Positions 37,697 through 50,778 of a stretch of DNA of 64,000 nt are shown piece after piece. Position numbers and translations under genes: made by a program. The notes under the pieces are model-generated. The model searched no databases, had not been told where the DNA came from, and saw nothing but the letters and a program-made list of their open reading frames with translations. The DNA is from Paraspadella gotoi (lineage: Eukaryota; Animalia; Chaetognatha). Every line of letters begins with the position of its first letter. Within the stretch, counting starts at the first letter, position 1. Location of the stretch: positions 24,172,111 to 24,236,110 of the forward strand of contig CM119267.1 of assembly GCA_051294375.1 (NCBI GenBank), read 5' to 3'.

Positions 37697-40600
37697 TCAT
37701 TTGTCGGTTTGAAGTCCGACCGATTTTAGCGACGCCGATTCCTCTTCGTCCGAACAACATTTGTCCGACTCAGCCATGTCCGTCTCTTGTACAATCGACC
37801 TTCCCCTGTCCGTCTCTTGTACAATCGTACTTCCCCTGTCCGTCTCTCTCTCCTCCGTCCGTCCACTAAATTCCACCACCTTTTCAACCTTTTCTTCTCT
37901 TCTCGCCAGCTTTCCTCTGTCCGTCTCTCCTTCTTTTCTTATTCCTCTGTCCGTCTCTCCTTCTTTTCTCATTCCTCTGTCCGTCGCTCCTTCTTTTCTC
38001 ATGTCCCTGTCCGTTCTCTCTCCTTCTTTTCTCAATTCTCTGTCCGTCTCTCCTTCTTTTCTCATTCCTCTGTCCGTCTCTCTTTCTTTTCTCATTCCTC
38101 TGTCCGTCTCTTCCTCTCTCGAGCGTCCTCTGTCTGTCTGTCTGCGCCTCATTCTTCCCCTGTCCATCTCTACGCTCTCCACACTTTGTCGTCTATTTAT
38201 ATCCGGCTTTTGTCGTCTTTTTACATCCGGGGTTTCTTTGCCCCCTCCTCGCTTGGACTCTTCTATGTTCTCCCGGGCTAACACCGCCCCGCCTCGGACA
38301 GCCTCGGCTCTGACCGCCCCGCCTCGGACAGCCTCGGCTCTGACCGCCTCACTTCGGACAGCCTCGGCTTTTCCCGCCCCGTCTCGGAAAGCCTCGGCTC
38401 TGACCGCTTTAGGCTCGCGTTTGCCCGACGTGAGTCTTTGCGTGAAAGGTTCGTCGGAGTCACTCGGTGAATTTCGGCGATTGGAATTGAAATCTGGTCA
38501 TGAAATCGATCGAGCAATCAATCAATCATTTTGAAATGAAATGAAACGAATCGTTCATTCAATCGTAAAACTGACTAGTCAATCGGGCAATCAAATCAAA
38601 TCAATCAGATCAATCAGATCAATCGAATCGAATCGAATCGTCACATCGAATCGTCACATCGAATCGTCACATCGAATCGTCACATCGAATCGTCACATCG
38701 AATCGTCACATCGAATCGTCACATCGAATCGTCACATCGAATCGTCACATCGAATCGTCACATCGAATAATCAAATCAAATCAAATCAGATTAAATCAAG
38801 CTCGCCTTCAGCTCCTTTCTGCCAAAGACATTCTTGCCACCGTCGACTGCTGCTCTGGCTGTCGGCGACGCTGCCGCAGCGAAGTTCTTGGGAAAAACAG
38901 CCGCCGCCGCCGACGACGCCGCCGCAGACGCCGCAGACTTCGCCGCCGACGCCTAAGCTGCCGCAGGAGCCGCAGGAGCCTCGATTCCAGTTTTCGTTTC
39001 TGGGACGAGAAAACCTGTTTAAAAAAAAAGGCGCTATGAAGTTGGTACTATCAAGTATCAATATAAAAAATATCTATTCATTTAATGAATAAGCTATTAT
39101 GGTGGACTAAAATCCACCAACCGTTCATCAGCGGCCATTGCTGCCGGAGGCCAGTCATTCGCCTCCCAACCCAAAGGTCCGGGGTTCTAGCCCGGTGGCC
39201 GCCTAGCAGTTAAGAGGGACGGGGCGCTTAACCCGCCTGTAACTCGGTGTTACAGCCTGATCCGAAGCTCAGGGACTGCTTATATTGAACGGTTTTGTCA
39301 CTAACACATAACAATAATCACTGTCTCTTCACTATCATTTCTTATCACTTTGGACAGGCTATAGTGGTTTAAAGCCTCCATTACTCTTACAAGATAATAA
39401 CAAAGCCCAGTAAGCTTTCAATCAAGACTCTCTCACAGTCTACTTAATTCACTCCCAAAGCACCACCCGGCTTCTATTTCAATTATATAGAAAGACCACT
39501 GAGGCGACTTACCGGAAGAGAATGTTTTTTAAATACTTTAAAATAAATAATAACGTTTCTTATAATTTTCTTAACTTCTTTAACTCTATCCAGAAGCCAT
39601 GGAATGGGTCCCGGGCATCGAACCATGCTAAGAGTTTCCTACGTCCCTTAGGCGGATTACGACCTTCCTTAGACTTTACAATAACTAATGAAATGGTTAT
39701 GAGCTGATGGCCTTTTTTCAATCAGTCATTGGGCCACGAATAGGGAAACCTGAATAATTGCGTGGTTAACCCAGAGCAATACAAACGCATAAGGGAAAAA
39801 AACTAGAGCAGAATCAAAATAATAAACAAAATAAACTTAAACTTAAACATTAAACAACCAATCATCGAATCCATTCATCCAATCAAAAGTCTGTTCGTCT
39901 TCACCTTGAACTTCCAGGACGAGAAAATCTGTTGAAAAAAAAAGGAACAATTTACTTTGGAATAAAAAGAAATAAAAAAAAAATTAAAATCCAATAAACT
40001 TGTAGCGGGTATCGCCCTGGATCACCCCGCAAATAATAATCGTTCTCTCAACCGAGACCCTGTGGCTCATTTTTAGTGAAAACCACGATCCCAACAGGAA
40101 AGCCACGAGGACGTCTGTAACACGCCTGAGGGTCACAAAAACTCCTCGAGCCAGGTTCCGAGTGAAGCACCCGTTTCATGACTCCGGAACGGGTTGAGCC
40201 AACTGAGGGAACGTACGGGGTGAACCCCGACAACCTCGTTCACATAATCCAAGTCAGTCTGTCTGTCCAAGTCTGTCCGTCCACACGCTTATCCTCACCT
40301 GGAACTCCCGGATCCTCCGCCGTATCTCCAGATTCCTCCCCCGCGTCCGCCCCTGCTCCTGCCGCCGCCTCTGCCGCCCCTGCCGTCTTCGTATTCTTCA
40401 TCCATCCACGCGCACCAACTCTTGTCTTCCACGACCTCGGTCTCCATTTCGTTTCGGTTCCTCGTTCGCAGCCGCGGCTTCTCAGGCTGCCTCGCTTCCG
40501 CCTCCTCAGCAGACGCTTCCGCAGCGGACGATTTTTTGCAGGAGACGACGACGAAGACGACGATGATGACGACGAAGAAGACGGCGACGCCGAAAGCGAT

Positions 40601-42954
40601 TCCGCCCACGCACTTGAAATCGCAGGCGGAAGACGAGGGCTGCTCTTTATTTATATGATTATGGAAGTCGGAAGATTTTAGGGGGAAAAGTAAATAAAAA
40701 TTAATTGATTAATCAATGAATGTATCAATCAATCAATCAATCAGTACGTCAGTCATTTATTTAATCAATCAATCAACCATAATTTGTTTATGTAAATATT
40801 AATACATCATTCGTTCAATCTATCAATCAAGATTGATTTGATTGATTTTATTTCATCATGCTCATAATGTCATTATAAGTTTATAATACATTTACAATCA
40901 CAGGATCGTAAGAGGGCCGTACATTAATGTCATGTACTATTGTACATGCAATGATTAATAAATAGTGAAAAGATACATAAAAAAACAAAACTAATTGTAA
41001 CATTGAAAACGCAGCTTTCCCTCCTCTTCCTCCTCCCCTTTCCCCTCCCTCTTCACTTCTCCTCTCTTCCTCCACCTTCCCTGCTACCTTTCCTCCCCTC
41101 CCTCTGCCTCTTCTCTTCCCCTCCCTCTCACTAGCATTCAACATCTCTCCTCTTCCTTCCTCTCCCTCTTCATCTCCACCGTCTCTCCTCTTGCCTCGCT
41201 TCACATATGACTTCGTCCAAACACTCCTGCTCTTCACCAACACCGGCGCCTCGGTCGTCCCGCCGCCCGCCGCGTCGTCGGCGACCCTCAGCTGCCGCGG
41301 CGGCGCACCGGGCGGCGGCGGTGGCGCCGGCGCCGGCGCCTTCATCAGGTTCTCGGCGGAGGCGGCGTCGATACATTTTGATTTCCCTCCCGTCTCGAAT
41401 TCGTAGCTGAAGGGCGGGAAGGAAAAGAAAACGGCTCTCTTTTCCAAAAACGTTCCATTTCTATCCCTTAAATAAAACTAAATTAAGACGATGGATGTTA
41501 AAAGTTTAATATCAGGTTTTAAACCTAATTTTAATCTTTACATTTAATTATAATTTGTTACCAATCCCCTGACTCAATCTTTAACCAAAATCTTAATTCT
41601 AACTTTAAACCTTAATTCATAATTTCTGGACATGAACCCTTACCCTATTCTTAATCCTTACTCTAATCCATAACAATAATTACTAAGCTAATCCTATTCC
41701 CTAATCTAATAATCTTTAAGGCTTAAGCTAAACCTTTAACCTAATCTTCAAATTTAAAAAAAAATAATTTAATTCTAAATTAAAGATGAAATGGGGCGTT
41801 TTCGAATAATAAAATTTCCCCCCCCCTCAAAATCACGTTGGCGGGTCATCCAACAACAACTTCTCCGGTCGAAAGGGTTTGTCCTCCTTCAACACGTCCG
41901 TCTTAAGATCATTCGCGTTCATCCAGAATCTCATCTTGGAGACGATGCCGCGAAAGGCCAAGAGGGCGTGACGGTTTCGACCCAATAGAAGAAGGGCTTC
42001 TCCACGAACATGTTGTAGTGGGATCCCTGTGGGTTTTTTTTTTGGGGGGGGGAGACGAATTGGGGGAGGGGGGGGTCGGAATGGCGATAGGAAATTCAGT
42101 CGGTCTCGTCATGATGATACGATAAAGAGGTAAATAACGCTAGAAAAGACGAATATACGGACTTAAAAAAAACCGGTGGACTAACGAAAGACGGATGGAC
42201 GGACGGAAAGAAAGATGGGAAAGAGATGACCAGTCATTTACTTTTGAAATCTACTCAATAAGTTGAATAAGTTCAATCGATGAAAAAGTCAAAACCACAA
42301 ACTTTCAGGGTAGTACATTCCAAATTCTTAATTCAGGCGACTTTCGCCGACCGCTCCCCCTGGACCAATCAGAGACCCGCCCCAACAGCCCTCCGAACCA
42401 ATCAAAGACCTCGCCCCCTGCACCAATCAACGACCACCCCCGCTCCGACCAATCAGAGACCACGTTATCGATGAATGCGCTCCCGTAAGATTCTGATTTT
42501 CCGTTGATGAGAATTTCGACGTCAACCGCAGTTTCTGATCGATAAGAATAAGTGATCGCCAACTTCGTCTTAGTTTTGGGCGTCAACCAACCGGAGAAGA
42601 CGTCACGCTGAGATCCGGGGGCGTTGCCTGGATTGAGTCTGGATAGGAGGGGGTTGGGGAGGTGGGCTGGCATTGAAAAACAATTTAATACTATTCAAAC
42701 CACCAAAGCCTGTCCAAAGTCAGGGGCAGGATAGCTTATTTATTAAATGAATGGATAATTTTTATATTGGTTGTACCAATTTCATGTGTGTAAATATTTT
42801 TAGGTTGATAATAAGAAAAAAATCGCAAATAGAAAATTGAAATAAAAGTAGTAGAATTCTTTTTAAAAAAATGTTTAAATTTGGAACTAATAGGACTAAT
42901 ATAATTCTAGTTGTTCTAGTAATTGCTATTTTACCACAACTATAAAACGTATTC

Positions 42955-42987
<33 letters not shown>

Positions 42988-44638
42988 CTTCTCTCTCTCC
43001 TCTCTCTCTCTCACCCCTCTCCTCATGCGAAAACTAAGGACTCAGTTTTCGAAAGGATCATATTACATTTTCGCAGTTGGAATTGTAACAATAGAAATAT
43101 TCCGATAGATTTTGTCAGAAATCAAGAAGAACGAATAAAAAAAAACATTAAAAAACTAATGAACGTTTTTCCCATTTCTATTTAGTCACAACCGTAGCTG
43201 TAACACAAAACTGTAACGTCGCCATAACTTGTGGAGGAGCGGGCGATCTCTCCACGAGCCAATCGAGTGTGCCGAGTTCGAGCAAAGCTTGAGGCTCTCA
43301 ACGTGATCAGAGGCCGCTCAGGGTGACCCAAGTCACGGTTCAAGCATCACAATCAATCACGCCCTTTCTAATCAACACTTACTTTTTTAACACTTAGAAT
43401 TTTAAAGTTAAAATTTCTTACGATTTCTACAGGGCTTCAATAAACCAACTATGATATTGAATAATTTCTTCATCGCGTTAATGGTAGCTTTGTCTTCATT
43501 GGCCAACGTCCTGGCATCCTCTCCGCCAATCAAAATGCAGGATAACTCAGGCTGCGAAAGTCGACGCGTCGCTTACGTGACTCCAGGTTAAAACGATCAA
43601 GGTCCAGGCCGGAACTAAATGACCATCATTCTTTCAATCATGATAAAAATAAATCACATTTTCTATTTGATTAGAAAAACGTCCTATTCTTAAAACTATT
43701 TTTTTTATTTCAGTCAAACAACAAAACAAAAAAATCAATAATGCGAATTTAGCTTTGGGAAAACATGTATTCGCATCGAAAAAGCTGAAAGGTACATGCG
43801 CGCGATTAATTGGATTTAAATATTGTTTTATTTTTAAATATTCAGAAAATTATAGAATTATCTTTTGTTTTTAAATGAGCTTTCGATACTGCTTCTTTCA
43901 GCACCAGTTGACAGGAAACTTTGCCGAATCTACAATAAATATATCTCAATGGCAACCGTCCTGCACAACCTCTGTTTTTTTAGTTGCGCCGCGAGTACTT
44001 GCGGAGCAACTCTATAAGTCACTTTTCGGTCGGTCGGTCCGTCGGTCGGTCGGTTGGTCCATCGGTATGTCAATCTGTCAGTCGGTCCCACTTACGTTAA
44101 AAACGCTTATAACTTGCCTATAGTTTGTTGCTCATTTGTTAAAAATCAAATCTAAGCGACTACTGGCGCCGCCTTTTGTTTTTAATAATAAGTAAAAAGA
44201 AAAGTAATGCGGCGCAACACCCTGGAATAACCGTTCCTTGCTTTTTTCTCTCTTTCGAAACAAAAGGGATTCGCGGGATCGATGTCGTCACGGACGGAGA
44301 GAAGATGAGACCTGATCAAGTCAATCACAAAGAGATGGTCAACAAATGTTTCATGACTTCATCCACAGATGTCGCTTTCGTGATGATCGATCTCTTGAGC
44401 GAAACAAAAGTCTCCAAGATCGTCGTATCGAACAGGTGGGGGAAAAGGGTTTTTACATCATTCCCTTCTTTTCGTTAAAGTCTCATTGAATATCTCCCCG
44501 CCCATCCTTTCCCTCTTTATCTCCCTCTCTCTCTTTTCTTTTCACTCTCTGTCTCCGTCACTTCTAACACTCTCTTTTCATTATAATTTTATCTATCTGC
44601 ATTCTGCAACTCTCTCGCTTTTCTCGTTCCTTCCTTCC

Positions 44639-44676
<38 letters not shown>

Positions 44677-44740
44677 TCGTTCTCTTTTCATCTTCATTTC
44701 TATCGCTCTCATCTTTCTCTCTCGTCTCTCTCCTCTCTCC

Positions 44741-44779
<39 letters not shown>

Positions 44780-44780
44780 T

Positions 44781-44818
<38 letters not shown>

Positions 44819-45476
44819 TTCCTCTCGTCTCTCTCTCTGTCTCTCCTCTTCTTCCTCTCTCCTCCCACCCCTTCCTCTTCTCTCTCTCTCCTTTCTCTTT
44901 CTCTCTCTCTCTCTCTCCTTCTCTCTCCTCTCTCTCTCTCCTCCTCTTCCTTGTCTTCCCCTCTTGCCTTTCTCTCTCTCTCTCTCTCAGTCCCCTTCTG
45001 CTGCTTGTCTCTTCTTCTCTCTCTCTCTGCTCTCCTCTCTCTCCTCGCTCTCTCTCTCTCTCTCCTCGCCCTTTCTCTCTCTCTCAACAGCCTCACTCGC
45101 CCTCCCGATTTCTTTCCTTCGAAGTTCGCGTCGGATCCAGAATTCGACTCAAACCAACAAAATTTGCGGGCGATAAAAATTGAACGCCGGAGATTTGGCG
45201 CCGCCAGCAAATGTGGGCGTGGCCCGGCGCCGGGAAAGAGGGCGGAATGAAAGCGGACGAGGGAATTGGCGGAGGTCGGGTGGCGTCGATAAGATCTGGG
45301 CGAGGGGGCGCTGGAGAGACCAGGGATGCGGATGCGGCCGCAGAGGGCGCCCTGACGCCGCGACAAAACCGTCGTCGTACCATGTGATCTCGAGGGAAGA
45401 TTTCGTCTCGATAGAACTGACATCGACGACGGAAAGAGAGTGAAGAGTGTTGTGTGTGTGCGAGATGGAAGTTTAT

Positions 45477-45563
<87 letters not shown>

Positions 45564-47699
45564 AGAGAAGAGAAAGTGAGGGGGGAGGGAAAGAGAAGGG
45601 ATATTAAATTGATTTTTAATTACTTTCATTGTATTTCTTCGTTTTCTTCCCAATAAATATTATCATTATACGAATTATAAAAACGCATGCAGACTTATAC
45701 TCAGGCCGATGACAAGAAAGTTCAATGAACAAAGCACAATAAATTCATATGATTGAATTCAGTATTTTTAAACCCACTTTTAAAAGTTCTACAAAATCAA
45801 TCGCGTATTTAAAAGCAAACAAGAATAGCTACACGAACGAAATAAGGCAATGACCAAACATAGGGCAAAACAAATTGTCAACTTTCGAACGCACTTTTTA
45901 CCGCGAACGACGATTCTGATTGGCTGAATTTCGATGACGACCATTGGTACGTTCCACGTGCCTTCGTTGACTCTCAACAGAGGGATCGACGACGTGTAGG
46001 CTGAAAATGAAAATAGGGAGATTGATGGCATCAGTGATATGTCGGGGACGACAGAAGTCACGTGACAATCCTGTTGGGACATTTTTTGGCCAAGTTTTTT
46101 TTAAAAGCGCCTCCATACAGTTTTAATTCTAAATTAAATNNNNNNNNNNNNNNNNNNNNNNNNNNNNNNNNNNNNNNNNNNNNNNNNNNNNNNNNNNNNN
46201 NNNNNNNNNNNNNNNNNNNNNNNNNNNNNNNNNNNNNNNNNNNNNNNNNNNNNNNNNNNNNNNNNNNNNNNNNNNNNNNNNNNNNNNNNNNNNNNNNNNN
46301 NNNNNNNNNNNNNNNNNNNNNNNNNNNNNNNNNNNNNNNNNNNNNNNNNNNNNNNNNNNNNNNNNNNNNNNNNNNNNNNNNNNNNNNNNNNNNNNNNNNN
46401 NNNNNNNNNNNNNNNNNNNNNNNNNNNNNNNNNNNNNNNNNNNNNNNNNNNNNNNNNNNNNNNNNNNNNNNNNNNNNNNNNNNNNNNNNNNNNNNNNNNN
46501 NNNNNNNNNNNNNNNNNNNNNNNNNNNNNNNNNNNNNNNNNNNNNNNNNNNNNNNNNNNNNNNNNNNNNNNNNNNNNNNNNNNNNNNNNNNNNNNNNNNN
46601 NNNNNNNNNNNNNNNNNNNNNNNNNNNNNNNNNNNNNNNNNNNNNNNNNNNNNNNNNNNNNNNNNNNNNNNNNNNNNNNNNNNNNNNNNNNNNNNNNNNN
46701 NNNNNNTTTCATTTCATCCCGTCTCTTTGCTTTCGAACATTCGTCATCTACTCGAGATTAGTTAATTTGTTCACTTTTCTTATTTCCCTTTGTCTAAAAG
46801 NNNNNNNNNNNNNNNNNNNNNNNNNNNNNNNNNNNNNNNNNNNNNNNNNNNNNNNNNNNNNNNNNNNNNNNNNNNNNNNNNNNNNNNNNNNNNNNNNNNN
46901 NNNNNNNNNNNNNNNNNNNNNNNNNNNNNNNNNNNNNNNNNNNNNNNNNNNNNNNNNNNNNNNNNNNNNNNNNNNNNNNNNNNNNNNNNNNNNNNNNNNN
47001 NNNNNNNNNNNNNNNNNNNNNNNNNNNNNNNNNNNNNNNNNNNNNNNNNNNNNNNNNNNNNNNNNNNNNNNNNNNNNNNNNNNNNNNNNNNNNNNNNNNN
47101 NNNNNNNNTTAAGTCTCCGGCGCCGGGAAAAACGAAGACGCAGCCCGGCGTCGCGCGGGCGGCGGCCCGACGCGGCGACGCAGCTTCGCGGGCCACGGAG
47201 ATGACGGCGTCGCGGACGACGGCGCTGCCGACGTTGGGAGGAGGGGCGGCTGCGGAGTTGGGTCGAGCGGCTCTTTTTGAGGCTGTGGTTGAAGAGGTGG
47301 AATATGTGGTCAAGGCGGGAAGAGCATATGTGGTCATTATTTTGGGTATTAGCTAATCTTTGGAGGATTTATTAGGTTAATAATTTGATAATGATAATGA
47401 TATGTGATATTATATAATTAAATTGGTATAACTAATATTAAAATTATCCATTCCTTCAATAAATAAGCTATCTTGCCCCTGACTTTGAACTGGCTTTGGT
47501 GGATTAAATTGTATAAAAAGTATTTACATGGTAATGACATAATATGATTTGTGATAAATTAACTAAATGCCCGACGAAGCTCATCCCACTGGATTTCTTT
47601 TCATTTTTTCGTTGTGAACTTACCTCCTCTAACTCTGGCGATGAAGACGACGACGATGACGACGACGACGAAGAAGACCGAAGGACGAATTCGTCGCAT
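37697..47699 (-). CDS. Array gene C: LamG/ConA-like membrane protein (exons 47699-47624, 47282-gap, ~46000-45895, 42638-~42300/42424, 42026-41837, 41407-41180, ~40644-40299, 39928-39905, 39015-38806, 38493-37697)
   Basis: Signal peptide MRRIRPSVFFVVVVIVVVFIARVRG; motifs GCVFVF, IEIQPIRIVVRG, DVFSGWL, AFRGIVSKMRFWMN, LLLDDPPTY..KC, RGKRR, CDFKC + TM. Crosses N-gaps; one junction (42.3-42.4 kb) is ambiguous; the last exon needs a GC donor. Confidence 0.65.
38636..38768. repeat. 12-bp tandem repeat (ATCGTCACATCG-type unit)
   Basis: About 11 near-perfect copies visible. Confidence 0.9.
39098..39331 (+). mobile_element. tRNA-derived SINE-like repeat
   Basis: tRNA-like head 39131-39203: acceptor stem GCGGCCA/TGGCCGC and T-arm CCGGG-GTTCTAG-CCCGG (B-box-like); second copy at 36048. 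Confidence 0.6.
39337..39485 (-). mobile_element. Repeat R2 copy
   Basis: Reverse complement of part of 56923-57185. Confidence 0.7.
42696..42786 (+). mobile_element. 5'-truncated repeat R2 copy
   Basis: Near-identical to the 3' part of 56923-57185. Confidence 0.75.
43451..45479 (+). CDS. F-type lectin-fold protein, copy 3, nested antisense in a gene C intron; last exon frameshifted as assembled
   Basis: Signal peptide MILNNFFIALMVALSSLANVLA; NLALGK (exon 43714-43791); VVTDG..CFMT..VMIDL..IVVSN (44267-44435); FEVRVG and CDLEGRF..VLCVCEMEVY present in the 45091-45479 exon across shifting frames. Confidence 0.65.
43976..44246 (+). mobile_element. Complete short Helentron/HINE-like element
   Basis: 5' subTIR GTTGCGCCGC (43983-43992) with adjacent inverted GCGGAGCAAC, (GTCG)n, 3' subTIR GCGGCGCAAC (44209-44218), hairpin GGAA-TAACCG-TTCC, T-run. 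Confidence 0.7.
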
Positions 47700-49845
47700 T
47701 GCGAGTCTGAAAAANNNNNNNNNNNNNNNNNNNNNNNNNNNNNNNNNNNNNNNNNNNNNNNNNNNNNNNNNNNNNNNNNNNNNNNNNNNNNNNNNNNNNN
47801 NNNNNNNNNNNNNNNNNNNNNNNNNNNNNNNNNNNNNNNNNNNNNNNNNNNNNNNNNNNNNNNNNNNNNNNNNNNNNNNNNNNNNNNNNNNNNNNNNNNN
47901 NNNNNNNNNNNNNNNNNNNNNNNNNNNNNNNNNNNNNNNNNNNNNNNNNNNNNNNNNNNNNNNNNNNNNNNNNNNNNNNNNNNNNNNNNNNNNNNNNNNN
48001 NNNNNNNNNNNNNNNNNNNNNNNNNNNNNNNNNNNNNNNNNNNNNNNNNNNNNNNNNNNNNNNNNNNNNNNNNNNNNNNNNNNNNNNNNNNNNNNNNNNN
48101 NNNNNNNNNNNNNNNNNNNNNNNNNNNNNNNNNNNNNNNNNNNNNNNNNNNNNNNNNNNNNNNNNNNNNNNNNNNNNNNNNNNNNNNNNNNNNNNNNNNN
48201 NNNNNNNNNNNNNNNNNNNNNNNNNNNNNNNNNNNNNNNNNNNNNNNNNNNNNNNNNNNNNNNNNNNNNNNNNNNNNNNNNNNNNNNNNNNNNNNNNNNN
48301 NNNNNNNNNNNNNNNNNNNNNNNNNNNNNNNNNNNNNNNNNNNNNNNNNNNNNNNNNNNNNNNNNNNNNNNNNNNNNNNNNNNNNNNNNNNNNNNNNNNN
48401 NNNNNNNNNNNNNNNNNNNNNNNNNNNNNNNNNNNNNNNNNNNNNNNNNNNNNNNNNNNNNNNTATGCAAATTAAAATCAATAAGTTGTTTTAAGCTGAT
48501 TTTTATTTGTTTAAAAATAACATAATTCATCAACGAGAAAAGAAATATGAATTAAAAGTAAAAAGAGAGAGAGAGNNNNNNNNNNNNNNNNNNNNNNNNN
48601 NNNNNNNNNNNNNNNNNNNNNNNNNNNNNNNNNNNNNNNNNNNNNNNNNNNNNNNNNNNNNNNNNNNNNNNNNNNNNNNNNNNNNNNNNNNNNNNNNNNN
48701 NNNNNNNNNNNNNNNNNNGATGTTGTTGGTGATGTTGTTGATGATGTTGTCTTCAATACATCATCGCCATGTAACCCTCCTTCGTGTCTTGACCCCATTT
48801 TCGATCGCTGAGAAGGAAATTCCAATAGATTTGATCTGATCTCAGATGAACTCATTCCTTTCCATAAATAAACGAAATTAAACATAACTCCTAAATAATC
48901 TCAACCATAAAATAATCACCAAATTAATTTACATTTATGTATAAAATTTTTTATTTTATTCAATTTTGTTAATTTACTCTTTTATCTATAAAATAGACTT
49001 TATACTAATTCTATACCATAGCTGCTAATTACCTCGACCTCTCTTTGGCCACTTGGCCTTTTTCCAAATCGGCGAAGCTGAACATCGCGCTGGACGAAGA
49101 TGGTTCCTTAGAGTCGTCGTCGTCATCGTCGTCGTCGTCGGCGTCTTCGTCGACGGAAGCTGCGGGGATCAGATGGGTGCTTGATTGATCGTTATCATGC
49201 TTGATTGCTCGATATCTTGCTTGATTGCTCGTTATCTTGCTTGATTGGGAGCTGCATCTTTATTAGTTTTCACCATTCTTTTATTTTTATTTAATATTTT
49301 TTTCGTATCTCTCCCGCGGTCATTTTTTCACTAATTAATTAATCAACTAATTAATTAATATATTCGTATGACCATTTTTTTGTTTCTTCTAATCTAATCA
49401 TTATTTCACTTCTTTATTAATTCATTCATTCGGTCATTAATTTATTCAATCATTCATTCATTTTTCTCCATCCCATCCCATTCCATTCATTCCAGTCCAT
49501 TCAATGCATTCCATTCCATTCTATTCCATCCCATTCCATTCCATTCCATACCATTNNNNNNNNNNNNNNNNNNNNNNNNNNNNNNNNNNNNNNNNNNNNN
49601 NNNNNNNNNNNNNNNNNNNNNNNNNNNNNNNNNNNNNNNNNNNNNNNNNNNNNNNNNNNNNNNNNNNNNNNNNNNNNNNNNNNNNNNNNNNNNNNNNNNN
49701 NNNNNNNNNNNNNNNNNNNNNNNNNNNNNNNNNNNNNNNNNNNNNNNNNNNNNNNNNNNNNNNNNNNNNNNNNNNNNNNNNNNNNNNNNNNNNNNNNNNN
49801 NNNNNNNNNNNNNNNNNNNNNNNNNNNNNNNNNNNNNNNNNNNNN
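46140..49845. other. Assembly-gap zone (N runs 46140-46706, 46801-47108, 47715-48463, 48576-48718, 49556-49845; also 60071-60080)
   Basis: N characters. Confidence 1.
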
Positions 49846-50705
49846 TTCCATTCCACTCACCGTCCACTCTGCGATATTCTCCTCTTCCATCATCGACTCT
49901 GTTTTCGTTTCTGTTTCTCTTTTCGTCTTCGTCGTCGTCGTCGTCGTTTCGTCGTCGTCGTCGTCGTCGTCGTCGCCATCGATTCCCGAGCAAATTGTTT
50001 ACGTTTCTGTTGATGACGTCGACGTCGTCGTTGACGTTGGCGTCGGCGTCGTCGGCGTCGGACTGACGAGGGGGGGGGAGACAAAAGAGCATCCATCCGA
50101 TTAAATCTCATTTTTTGGTTAAATGTCTAGTGTAGGGGATAGATTCTTAGAATAATGGATGGAATTAATCAATCTTAGTAAATAATTTCAAGTCCCCTTG
50201 ATTTATTTGGGCTGAAAAATCCTGTTTAATCATCAAAGTTTATATCTTAGTCTGTAATACAGAATGTATCGACTTCTTGGCGAACTCTGACTTTGTTTAG
50301 ATGCAGATTTAAAGCTTCATTACAAACGGGAGTGGTCCGTTTTTTCGGCAAAATTGCTTATCGCATATCAGGTGACCATATAAATACGAAATAAAGCCTC
50401 ATTTTGGCAATCCAGTCTCACCTTTAATCCAGTCTCACCTTTAATCCAGTCTCACCTTTAATCCAGTCTCACCTTTAATCCAGTCTCACCTTTAATTCAG
50501 TCTCACCTTTAATCCAGTCTCACCTTTAATTCAGTCTCACCTTTAATCCAGTCTCACCTTTAATCCCCTTGGACCGAAGACTGCGTAGATGATGACGGCG
50601 ATGGCGAAGACGATGACGATGCTGGCAGCGATGGAAACGAGGCAGGTGGCGCCACAAGCGGGGAGATCTTCTGAGAGAGAGGAGAGAGTGAGCGAGAGAG
50701 GGGAG

Positions 50706-50778
<73 letters not shown>

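Noticed and set aside
39131-39203. Functional tRNA-Gly(CCC)
   Set aside because: Anticodon and D stems do not pair properly and it is part of a repeated element; treated as a SINE head.
46062-50092. ORFs containing X runs
   Set aside because: They span assembly gaps.
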